Positions 37,847-46,098 of a stretch of 53,573 nucleotides of DNA are shown here, one piece after another. The stretch is from Deltaproteobacteria bacterium (GTDB lineage Bacteria > Desulfobacterota > GWC2-55-46 > UBA9637 > GWC2-42-11). How positions within the stretch are numbered: position 1 is the stretch's first letter; every line of letters begins with the position of its first letter. Below the pieces are notes generated by a model that made no database searches, was not told where the DNA came from, and saw nothing but the letters and a program-made list of their open reading frames with translations. The translations under genes were made by a program, and so were the position numbers. The DNA lies in assembly GCA_016234925.1 (NCBI GenBank), contig JACRNI010000033.1, positions 1-53,573 on the forward strand. The letters run 5' to 3'.

Positions 37847-39556
37847 TTATTTTTGCAAAAATTTCTTCACTTCTTTGCAAGAAACTTCATCTCCTAGCTC
37901 ACATGCCCTTTGTAAATCATAAAATATCCGAGGGTAAGATTTGGAGATTGTTTTTCCATTTTCTCTTTCTACCTCTTTTAAAGCCTTGCACCCACCTTCA
38001 TCTCCCATGTTACAAGCCTTTTGTAAATCAGAGATTGCATTGCCTGTCTTTTTTAACATAGCATAAGCAAGCCCACGATTGTAGTAGTTAAGGGCATAAG
38101 TCGGGTCTAATTCAATTGCCTTATTAAAATCCTCAATCGCCCTGTCCTGTTGTCCTTTATTAGCATAAGCAATTCCACGATTGTAATAGACTAAGGCATC
38201 ATTCGGGTTTAATGCAATTGCCTTATTATAATCCTCAATTGCCCTGTCCTGTTGACTTTTATAAGCATAGGCAAAACCACGACCAATATAGGAAGCAGCA
38301 GAATTAGGGTTTAATGCAATTGCCTTATTAAAGTCCTCAATTGCCCTGTCATGTTGTCCTTTGTAACCATAGGTAAGCCCCCGACTGTAGTAGGCTTCGG
38401 CATCATTTGGGTTTAATGCAATTGCCTTATTAAAATCTTCAATAGCCTTGTCCTGTTGTCCTTTGTTAAGATAAGCAAGCCCACGATTGTAGTAGTCAAG
38501 GGTATAAGTTGGATCTAATGCAATTGCCTTATTATAATCATCAATTGCATTGTCAAGTTGTCTTTTATAAGCATAGGTAATACCACGAGCGCTATAAACA
38601 GCAGCATAATTTGGATCTAATGCAATTGCCTTATTAAAGTCCTCAATTGCCCTGTCATATTGGCCTTTGTAACCATATGCATATCCGCGACTTAAATAAG
38701 GAATGGCATTTTTAGGATTTAATGTTATTGCTTTATTATAAAGTTCAATTGCTATATCATATTGACCTTTTCCAATATATGCAATTCCCATATTGCTATA
38801 GGCTTCGGCATAACTCGGATCTATTGCAATTGCCTTATTAAAGTCCTCAATTGCCTTGTCATGTTGCCCTTTGTTATGATAAGCAAGCCCACGATTGTTA
38901 TAAGCGAAGACATCATCCGGGATTAAGGCAATTACATTTGTATATGCCTCTATTGCCTTATCACGTTCTTTATTTAGGCTGTAAGTATATCCTTTTTCAA
39001 ACCACTCATTAGCCTGAAGTAACTTTTCTTCCTCTGCAATCTTTGCTTTTACCTCTTTTCTTTCTTTTTCACCCTTTGCCTGTGCCAATTGTTTCTTTAA
39101 TTCCTCATTCTCCCTCTGGCTCCTTGTATAATCTTCCTGTATCTTTTTGTAATCGTCAACAAATAATTTATCTTTAACCTTAATCTTATTTGCCATCTCC
39201 TCTGTTTTATCAAGATTGACCTTTGCGTTGATTTTTACCCAAAAGTTAATGCCGTCTCCGACAATAGTCCTTTTCTTGTCTAATACAGTAACCTCCATCA
39301 AGCCCGATGCAATGACCTTGATTTCATCTTCTGTCAGTTGGAAGTTTTTTACCTTTGAATAACTCTCAACATAAGTTCCTGCCTCTTCCAATGCAGTCCG
39401 TTTTGCCTGTAATAATGCCCTGCTCTCCGCAACAGTCGGCGTTTCGCCGTCGCCCATGTTGTAAGTTCCTTCTGCAACAATCTCTTTAACTTGCGCAAAA
39501 CTAAGGGATGAATAGAACAAGGAAAAGACAACAATGACTGCAAGGATGTATCTCAT
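37847..39556 (-). CDS. Exported TPR-repeat protein
   Basis: About ten 34-aa repeats (YYNRG.AY..KGQ.D.AIEDFNKAIAL.P), 102-bp DNA periodicity; signal peptide. Confidence 0.9.
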   Translation of the reverse strand: MRYILAVIVVFSLFYSSLSFAQVKEIVAEGTYNMGDGETPTVAESRALLQAKRTALEEAGTYVESYSKVKNFQLTEDEIKVIASGLMEVTVLDKKRTIVGDGINFWVKINAKVNLDKTEEMANKIKVKDKLFVDDYKKIQEDYTRSQRENEELKKQLAQAKGEKERKEVKAKIAEEEKLLQANEWFEKGYTYSLNKERDKAIEAYTNVIALIPDDVFAYNNRGLAYHNKGQHDKAIEDFNKAIAIDPSYAEAYSNMGIAYIGKGQYDIAIELYNKAITLNPKNAIPYLSRGYAYGYKGQYDRAIEDFNKAIALDPNYAAVYSARGITYAYKRQLDNAIDDYNKAIALDPTYTLDYYNRGLAYLNKGQQDKAIEDFNKAIALNPNDAEAYYSRGLTYGYKGQHDRAIEDFNKAIALNPNSAASYIGRGFAYAYKSQQDRAIEDYNKAIALNPNDALVYYNRGIAYANKGQQDRAIEDFNKAIELDPTYALNYYNRGLAYAMLKKTGNAISDLQKACNMGDEGGCKALKEVERENGKTISKSYPRIFYDLQRACELGDEVSCKEVKKFLQK

Positions 39557-39581
39557 AATCTCCTTTTAAGGCACAGCCTGC

Positions 39582-39691
39582 TTACTTTATTTTTAGAAAC
39601 TCTTCCGCTGAAATTCCTGCCTGTTTTAATATTGCCCTCAAAGTTCCTTCGGGCATATCTCCAGATACTTAAATCCCGCAAGATTTCCCAC
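39582..39691 (-). pseudogene. HicA toxin with internal deletion
   Basis: MGNLAGFKY joined out of frame to GDMPEGTLRAILKQAGISAEEFL; the GSH catalytic region is missing. Confidence 0.75.
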
Positions 39692-39693
39692 AA

Positions 39694-39933
39694 TCACATG
39701 CCTACTACAATTTCAATATCAATCTCTTTATCAGGTATTACAATCCCCGGCGGCAACGGGTCTCCATGTTCTTCAAATGACTCTATAAGTTTTCTTGCCA
39801 CATCCTGATATATCTCTATTGTTTCAGCAATCGTTCTTCCTTGAGCAACTAAACCGGGTAAAACTGGACTGGTAGCAAGATAACCCCCTTGTTCAAGGGC
39901 AGTGATGTGCAACTTCACAAATATCTCAGACAT
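39694..39933 (-). CDS. HicB-like antitoxin
   Basis: GGYLATSPVLPGLVAQGRTIAE..E...DV...LIE....GDPLP. Confidence 0.85.
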   Translation of the reverse strand: MSEIFVKLHITALEQGGYLATSPVLPGLVAQGRTIAETIEIYQDVARKLIESFEEHGDPLPPGIVIPDKEIDIEIVVGM

Positions 39934-39999
39934 AACGCGCCTCCTGTTTTAAAAAATATCCAAGGCAATTCACTTTTTTTGGGCGCAGCCCAATCCCAT

Positions 40000-40129
40000 A
40001 TCTGTGCAATCTCATTTTATTTCTCTTTTGAAGAAATTGATTACACAGATTTTGGGAATACGATTACACAGATTAAAGACTACTATTTTGTTTTAATCTG
40101 TGCAATCTGCCTTTATAATCAGTGTAATC
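40000..40129. repeat. Gene-less GATTACACAGATT element
   Basis: Direct units 40039, 40062; inverted units 40095, 40117; extra unit at 40000. Confidence 0.85.
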
Positions 40130-40131
40130 TT

Positions 40132-40914
40132 TCATATCTTCTCTTTTAATTTTTCCTTTGCCTTTTCAGCAGCATCGCTTTTTGGATATTTATCAATCAA
40201 TTTTTTTAAGGACTCCACTGCCTTATCTTTGTCGCCCATCTCAAGATAAGAAAGACCGACCTTTAAAAAGGCATCGGGGGCTTTATTTTCATCGGGATAA
40301 TTATCTACCACCTTCTTGAACTCAACAACCGCCTTTGCAAAATCCTTGTTTGAGTAATAGACCTCGCCTATCCAGTACTGCGCATTATCAGCAAGGGGAT
40401 TTTTAGGATAATGTTTTATAAACCTCTTGAAACCATTAACAGCCTCTTCAAGTTTCCCTGCCGCATAAAGCTCCTGCGCCTCGCGATAAAGCGTTTCAGG
40501 CTCTTGTATCTTTTCTTCTTTTTTCGCCTGCGCCGATGGCTTTACTTCTTTGCTTTTTTGTTCTTCCTTTGCCGGTTCTATTTTTTTAGGCTCTTCTTTT
40601 TTAGGTTCCTGCTTTACAACATCTTCAGGGGTAATCTTTACAGTCTTTAATTCATCAGGCGGCTTAACAGGGATTGCCATTGTCTTGATTTCATCAACAT
40701 CTTTGTTGACATTATTCAATCTCTCCTGCAGCAAGAAAATCTTGTTGTTTAACTCCTCTGTCCTTACAATATTTTCAGACTGCGCCTTTTTAATATCTGC
40801 AATACTGCCCTGCATATCCTTCATCATCATCTCGTGCCTCTGCGTTTCAGCGCATCCTGAAAATGCAAAGACAATCAATGCGGCAAAAATGATTTTGATT
40901 TTAACGGATTTCAT
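40132..40914 (-). CDS. cpoB: Tol-Pal system protein CpoB/YbgF
   Basis: Lipoprotein signal (FSGC), coiled coil, YP...LADNAQYWIGE, KAPDAFLK. Confidence 0.9.
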   Translation of the reverse strand: MKSVKIKIIFAALIVFAFSGCAETQRHEMMMKDMQGSIADIKKAQSENIVRTEELNNKIFLLQERLNNVNKDVDEIKTMAIPVKPPDELKTVKITPEDVVKQEPKKEEPKKIEPAKEEQKSKEVKPSAQAKKEEKIQEPETLYREAQELYAAGKLEEAVNGFKRFIKHYPKNPLADNAQYWIGEVYYSNKDFAKAVVEFKKVVDNYPDENKAPDAFLKVGLSYLEMGDKDKAVESLKKLIDKYPKSDAAEKAKEKLKEKI

Positions 40915-40917
40915 AAT

Positions 40918-41039
40918 GCCTCCTGATAGATGATTACACAGATTTTTAAAAAAAACGATTACACAGATTTAAAAAAGTAATCGTGTTGCCTGAATCTGTG
41001 TAATCTGCCTTTATAATCTGTGTAATCATAGTATCTCCT
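40918..41039. repeat. Gene-less GATTACACAGATT element with RBS at both ends
   Basis: Near-identical to 22915-23015 with one more inverted unit. Confidence 0.85.
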
Positions 41040-41204
41040 TTTAACGCAATCAACCCAAAAATATTTTAAAAGTTAATCCCCTTTCTCATATTTTGTCAAG
41101 AGAAAAACTTTTGTAAGAACCATGTTTGCTATTGACAACATCTCATTTATTGTTTTAATATTACCGCAGAATTTTATTAAATCAAAAACAAAGGGAGGCT
41201 GAAA

Positions 41205-41609
41205 ATGAATGCAATAAGGAAATGGTTTTTTACACGGCCGCTGGCAATATATCTTGCATTTGCGTGTTTTATTATTGCAAGTGTTCCGTCAAACTCATTA
41301 GCCTTTATAATCCCATCCCAGACAGCACAAACAGCATTTGACAGGTCTAGTGACATGTCAACTGTGCAAAGGGCGCTGGAATCAAAGGCTGTAAGCCAGA
41401 GGCTCTCTGAATTAGGGCTTACAATGGATGAGATAAACAAGAGGATAAATAATTTGACTGATTCTGATCTGCATCAGTTTGCAAGCCGACTTGACAGCAT
41501 ACATGCCGGCGGCGACGGCGGGATTGGTGTTGTTATAGGCGTCCTTTTAGTTGTCGTCCTTGTGCTTGTCATCCTAAACCTGACAGGACACAAGATTATA
41601 GTAAAATAG
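41205..41609 (+). CDS. PA2779-family protein
   Basis: Signal peptide, V.QRL.ELGL...E...RI..LTD..L, AGG then a hydrophobic tail; upstream of a C39 peptidase. Confidence 0.75.
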   Translation: MNAIRKWFFTRPLAIYLAFACFIIASVPSNSLAFIIPSQTAQTAFDRSSDMSTVQRALESKAVSQRLSELGLTMDEINKRINNLTDSDLHQFASRLDSIHAGGDGGIGVVIGVLLVVVLVLVILNLTGHKIIVK

Positions 41610-41611
41610 CA

Positions 41612-42208
41612 TTGAAAAACATAATAAATATATCAAAAAGGATGGCGGTTTTTGCCATCCTTTTTTTTATCTTTGAATGTGCAGGAGGGTGCGCAGGCAG
41701 TATAGACAGTTCTGCTCTAAAACAGGATATTGCAAAAAACCCGTCAAAAGGACATTATATAAATGATGTCCCTTTTATCGCGCAGGAAGAATTCTTTTGC
41801 GGCCCTGCCTCGCTTGCAATGGTCTTAAATTTTTACGGAATAACGATTACGCAGGAAGAGATTGCAAAAGATATATATAAAAAAAAACTTAAAGGCGCAT
41901 TAAACATAGACCTTTTGATATATGCAAGGCAAAAGGGCTTTCAAGCAAGATACTACAGCGGCAGTATTGATGATTTAAAGGCAAATATATCTAACAATGC
42001 GCCGCTGATACTTCTTTTAAATCTAGGCTATGAAATCTATCCTGTGTATCATTATATAGTCGCCGCAGGGTTTCACGATGAAAAGAATTTTATAATTGCG
42101 CACTCTGGAAAAGAAAGAGACAAGACATTTTCTTACAAAGAACTGCTAAAGGCATGGGAAAAAACATCCTTCGGAACTCTGCTTATAACCCCTTTTGAAA
42201 AGAAATGA
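41612..42208 (+). CDS. C39-family cysteine peptidase (PA2778-like)
   Basis: VPF..Q..FCGPASLAMVL, HYIV..G, HSG, W. Confidence 0.85.
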   Translation: MKNIINISKRMAVFAILFFIFECAGGCAGSIDSSALKQDIAKNPSKGHYINDVPFIAQEEFFCGPASLAMVLNFYGITITQEEIAKDIYKKKLKGALNIDLLIYARQKGFQARYYSGSIDDLKANISNNAPLILLLNLGYEIYPVYHYIVAAGFHDEKNFIIAHSGKERDKTFSYKELLKAWEKTSFGTLLITPFEKK

Positions 42209-42840
42209 GAAACTCACGACTCACGACTCGCATCGCACGATTTTATTTGCAACTTGCAGCATGCGTCTTGCAGATTTTCTTATACGGCTGCGCCAACTTG
42301 CCGCAGTTTGTAATTACAAAAGATGTTTTAACCGCAGAGGAGCATACAAATCTTGGTGTGGCATATGAATCAAAGGGAGAACTTGACCTTGCAGTAAAGG
42401 AATACAAAAAGGCTGTAGAAAAATACAGCGGCTATGCAATTGCATATTTCAATCTTGGGAATATCTATCTTGAAAAAGGTCTGTATGATGAGGCAGAGGA
42501 ATATTATCTGTCTGCAATAGAAAAATCCCCTTCAAACGCTATATTTTACAACAACCTCGCATGGCTTTACATCTATGGCAAATATGATTTGGAAAAGGCA
42601 GAAAGATATGCAGGAGATGCCCTTAAACTTGACCCTTCAAAAAAACATATATACCTTGATACGCTTGGGGTAATATATACCTATCAAAAGGAATTTAAAA
42701 AGGCGGAAGAAATACTCATGGATGCCCTAAAGTCTGCGCCAAATGGAGATGCTTCATCGCTTGACCACATATACAAACATCTGTCTGATGTGTATGATAA
42801 AATCGGGGACAGAGAGAATTATCTAATACAAACGCAATAA
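42205..42840 (+). CDS. TPR lipoprotein, C-terminus supplied by MITE
   Basis: LYGC lipobox, NLG.AY, YFNLG, YNNLAW, DTLG; N-terminus with (actcacg) heptamers. Confidence 0.8.
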   Translation: MRNSRLTTRIARFYLQLAACVLQIFLYGCANLPQFVITKDVLTAEEHTNLGVAYESKGELDLAVKEYKKAVEKYSGYAIAYFNLGNIYLEKGLYDEAEEYYLSAIEKSPSNAIFYNNLAWLYIYGKYDLEKAERYAGDALKLDPSKKHIYLDTLGVIYTYQKEFKKAEEILMDALKSAPNGDASSLDHIYKHLSDVYDKIGDRENYLIQTQ

Positions 42841-43049
42841 ATGTCTTTATACTGCGTTGGACTCCTCGGAAAATCCTCAACATACCAATTAGTATGCCTG
42901 CGGTTTTCCTCGTCGTCCGCCCCCCGATTAAAACATTCGAGGGCAGGCTTGTCTAAAACCATTTCTTGCGTTCATAATGGCTTAAGGTTTAAAAAGCTTT
43001 TTCATCTATGCCATCGTATGATGTAACTTTATTTAATGCGTTTGTATTA
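42824..43049. mobile_element. MITE-like element (inverted copy of 23278-23403) carrying a nested 27-bp insert
   Basis: Colinear with the reverse complement of 23278-23403 except cccccgattaaaacattcgagggcagg at 42921-42947; outer taatacaaacgca / tgcgtttgtatta. Confidence 0.8.
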
Positions 43050-43091
43050 AATATAAAGAGGAAATTGGAAGGATTAAATCATAAATAATTG

Positions 43092-43342
43092 AAGAACCCC
43101 GCAGCAAGATGCAGGGATTCTCTGGATGGGTAAGGGAAAAGTTATTTATCCGTCCCATCACGGCAAGGGATTTAATTATTTATAGGGTAGGAGCCCTCTC
43201 CTGACGGCGATAACACAATCGCAAACAGGAGTTTGCCCTACCCAGCCTTTTGACCCCGCTCCAACCTGCCTGTGCCTGTCTGCTGTCGCACAGGCAGGCA
43301 CGCAGACAGGGGAGCGGGGATTGCGGCGAGCATCCCGTTCAA
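43092..43342. repeat. REP doublet and nested palindromes
   Basis: gtaggagccc..gccctac 43187-43241; ccccgctcc[..cctgcctgtgc..gcacaggcagg..]ggagcgggg 43254-43319. Confidence 0.65.
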
Positions 43343-43351
43343 ACGGACTGT

Positions 43352-45166
43352 TTAATAACTCTCATACCTGTTTGTAATCGGCATCCTTCTGTCTTTTCCA
43401 AGGGCTCGGGGGGTGATTTTTATTCCCGGCGGAGACTGCCTTCGTTTGTATTCAGATGCATCAACCATCTTTATTACCTTTTTTACAATCTTTTCATCAA
43501 ACCCCATTGCAATTATTTCTTCAAAACTCTTATCATCTTCAACATAAGCCTTTAATATCGGGTCAAGGATTTCATATGGAGGAAGCGTGTCTTGGTCAGT
43601 TTGGTTTGGGCGAAGTTCCGCAGTAGGGGCTTTTTCCAAAACCCTTTCAGGGATTAGCGCCCCTTGCCCCCACCCATCCCGACCCATCCTTCGGATGGGT
43701 GCCCCGATGGGTACCCGCCTTGCCCCTTCTCTTTTGCCATTTCTATAATCAGCCAATTTATAGACAAGGGTCTTTGGCACATCTTTTATAACAGCAAAAC
43801 CTCCTGCCATATCCCCATAAAGCGTTGCATAGCCTACGCTCATCTCGCTTTTATTGCCTGTAGTCAGCACAAGCCATCCAAATTTGTTTGAAAGCGCCAT
43901 GAGGATATTTCCCCGTATCCTCGCCTGAATATTTTCCTCTGCAGTATCCGGTTTTTTATTTTTAAATGGTTTAGAGAGGATGCTTAAATATTTTTTGAAT
44001 GTTTCTTGAATCGGGATTATTATAAATTCAATGCCCAGATTTTTTGCAAGACTTCCCGCATCTTCTAAACTTGCCTTTGATGAATATCTGGATGGCATAA
44101 ATATGCCTGTAACATTTTTTTTGCCAAGCGCATCAACTGCAATGCTTGCGACAACTGCAGAATCAATGCCTCCGCTCAAGCCTATAACTGCATGATTAAA
44201 GCCGTTCTTTTTTACATAATCGTGTGTGCCTAGAACAAGGGCATTATAGACCTCTTCAATTTGCGAAAAGGGATTGCCGACTTTCGGAACGAGAGGTTTA
44301 AATCTATTTCTATTTTTTGGTTTTGCATGAAGGACTATCTTTTGCACCCTTTTCATTTCTGCTTCAAGAGCGATCTTTTCCTTTCTCCTTCTTGGGTCAT
44401 GGAGCCTGCTGCTGAATATTCCCTCTACATCAAGTTCAGCGATAATCAGGTCTTCTTCAAATGCCTTCCCATTGGCAATAACATTTCCTTTTTCATCTAT
44501 TATCATGCCCTGACCGTCAAACACAAGTTCGTCCTGACCGCCGACCATATTGTTGTAAGCGATAATTACGCCGTTATCAGACGCCCTTGCCGCAAGCATC
44601 TCTTGCCTGAACCTTGCTTTGCCCATGTGATACGGAGAGGCGTTTATATTCACAACAACCTCCGCCCCTGCAATTGCCTGAATCCTTGCAGGACCTTCCG
44701 GATACCAGATGTCCTCGCATATGCCTATGCCGATTGTAATTCCGTTTAAGACTATATTTAACGGCGCTGCACCAGCCTGAAAATATCTCTCCTCGTCAAA
44801 CACGCCGTAGTTCGGAAGGAACATCTTGTGGTAAACCCCTGCAATTTCGCCATCGTGGATTACAGCAGCGGCATTATAGATGTCTTCATAGATGTCTTCG
44901 GGGCTGTCAACAAAACCAACAATTGCAGTTATGCCCTTTGTCTTTGCGGCTATCTTTTTTAAAAATGCAGCATTGTCCTTTACAAACTGCGGTTTTAAAA
45001 GAAGGTCTTCCGGAGGATAGCCTGTAACTGCAAGTTCGGGAAATGCAATGAGGTCTATATCAAGTTCCTTTGCCTTGCTAATAAAGTCAAGTATCTTTTT
45101 AGTATTGCCAGAAAGGTCTCCGACTGTGGGATTTATCTGTGCCATTGCTATACGCAGGGTATCCAT
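43352..45166 (-). CDS. nadE: Glutamine-dependent NAD+ synthetase
   Basis: Nitrilase domain (FPEL..TGYPPEDL, K..LPNYGVFDE.RYF, ICED) plus GLSGGIDS, ENIQAR.R, TGNKSE, EYKRRQ; in-frame nested repeat 43660-43727. Confidence 0.97.
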   Translation of the reverse strand: MDTLRIAMAQINPTVGDLSGNTKKILDFISKAKELDIDLIAFPELAVTGYPPEDLLLKPQFVKDNAAFLKKIAAKTKGITAIVGFVDSPEDIYEDIYNAAAVIHDGEIAGVYHKMFLPNYGVFDEERYFQAGAAPLNIVLNGITIGIGICEDIWYPEGPARIQAIAGAEVVVNINASPYHMGKARFRQEMLAARASDNGVIIAYNNMVGGQDELVFDGQGMIIDEKGNVIANGKAFEEDLIIAELDVEGIFSSRLHDPRRRKEKIALEAEMKRVQKIVLHAKPKNRNRFKPLVPKVGNPFSQIEEVYNALVLGTHDYVKKNGFNHAVIGLSGGIDSAVVASIAVDALGKKNVTGIFMPSRYSSKASLEDAGSLAKNLGIEFIIIPIQETFKKYLSILSKPFKNKKPDTAEENIQARIRGNILMALSNKFGWLVLTTGNKSEMSVGYATLYGDMAGGFAVIKDVPKTLVYKLADYRNGKREGARRVPIGAPIRRMGRDGWGQGALIPERVLEKAPTAELRPNQTDQDTLPPYEILDPILKAYVEDDKSFEEIIAMGFDEKIVKKVIKMVDASEYKRRQSPPGIKITPRALGKDRRMPITNRYESY

Positions 45167-45196
45167 ATTTTCAGCCTATCAAAAGGTGTTAAGGTT

Positions 45197-45420
45197 GTAA
45201 AGTATCAAAACAAGACTTCGTGCTTTACCCGAAAAATGCACTTGGTTTTTATTTTTCGGGGCAAACGCAAGGTTTGAGCCAAAGACAAGGAAAAGATGGC
45301 TGGACAAAACGGAGCATATTGTTTTAAGTATGTGAGTATTTGGACAGCCAGATTTGACGCAGTATTTGGCCAAAGATTGCGTTTGCCAAAAAATGCAACT
45401 GCATTTTTTGGGTTTACAAA
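45197..45420. mobile_element. Longer MITE-like element
   Basis: acccgaaaaatgca / tgcattttttgggt and ggcaaacgcaa / ttgcgtttgcc nested inverted repeats; core gcata..agtatgtgag. Confidence 0.65.
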
Positions 45421-45448
45421 TTTTCTCCATTTGCTAGAATAGGTATTT

Positions 45449-46018
45449 ATGAGCAATCTTAAAGAAGATCTGGACATACTTGACGCAAAACTGAATAAAC
45501 TCAAGGTTGATTATGACCAGTATTTCATGAAGATTTTAAAGAAAGAGCCATTTCTACTCAGGGAAGAGATTGACCGCATTGTTTTAAGATACAGCAATCA
45601 GCCTATTCAAAATACTCTCTTACAGTTTCGTTACGGAACATTAACTGCGAAATATACATCTCTCAAGCATCACTGGGATAGGATATTGAGAATGATAGAA
45701 GAAGGGACTTATGAGAGGAATGCCCCGGTAAATAATAAACCTGCTGCACAAAAAAAACAGGTTATCCAGCCTGTTCAGCAAGAGGCGCCGACTGCGGCTA
45801 TTCCCAATAATGATAAATTAGCAGCGCTGTATCAATACTACATTGAGAAAAGAAAGCAGACTAATGAATCTGTAAACGGACTGACATTTGATAAATTCGA
45901 AAAGGCATTGTCATCGCAGACTGAAAAGATTAAAACCGATTACAAGTGTAATGATGTTGAATACAAGGTAAGCGTCAAAGACGGAAAGACAAAGATAATC
46001 ATAGCGCCTAAAAAGTAA
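45449..46018 (+). CDS. Conserved deltaproteobacterial hypothetical protein (MXAN_5187 C-terminal-like)
   Basis: LKVDYDQYF.....P; W.RILR.IEEGTY.R; C-terminal V.VKDGK..I. Confidence 0.6.
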   Translation: MSNLKEDLDILDAKLNKLKVDYDQYFMKILKKEPFLLREEIDRIVLRYSNQPIQNTLLQFRYGTLTAKYTSLKHHWDRILRMIEEGTYERNAPVNNKPAAQKKQVIQPVQQEAPTAAIPNNDKLAALYQYYIEKRKQTNESVNGLTFDKFEKALSSQTEKIKTDYKCNDVEYKVSVKDGKTKIIIAPKK

Positions 46019-46046
46019 AAACGCTGATTTTCAAATCAGCGTTTTT
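46017..46046. terminator. Bidirectional intrinsic terminator
   Basis: aaaaacgctgattt-tc-aaatcagcgttttt between convergent genes. Confidence 0.7.
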
Positions 46047-46098
46047 ATTAGAACCAACACCATCAAACACCCTGCTTTAAAAAACAGGGCTGCGCACA

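Noticed and set aside
38080-38990. 102-bp DNA repeats as a non-coding array
   Set aside because: Fully explained by tandem TPR motifs in the CDS.
43391-43420. G-rich stretch at the nadE 3' end as another palindromic insert
   Set aside because: It encodes the conserved PPGIKITPRALGKDRR terminus of NadE.
42841-43555. ORFs 42841-43026 and 43250-43555 (also 7985-8206, 8956-9198, 23206-23463, 24222-24407, 28042-28293, 45179-45504)
   Set aside because: They are translations of REP/MITE sequence with no recognisable domain.
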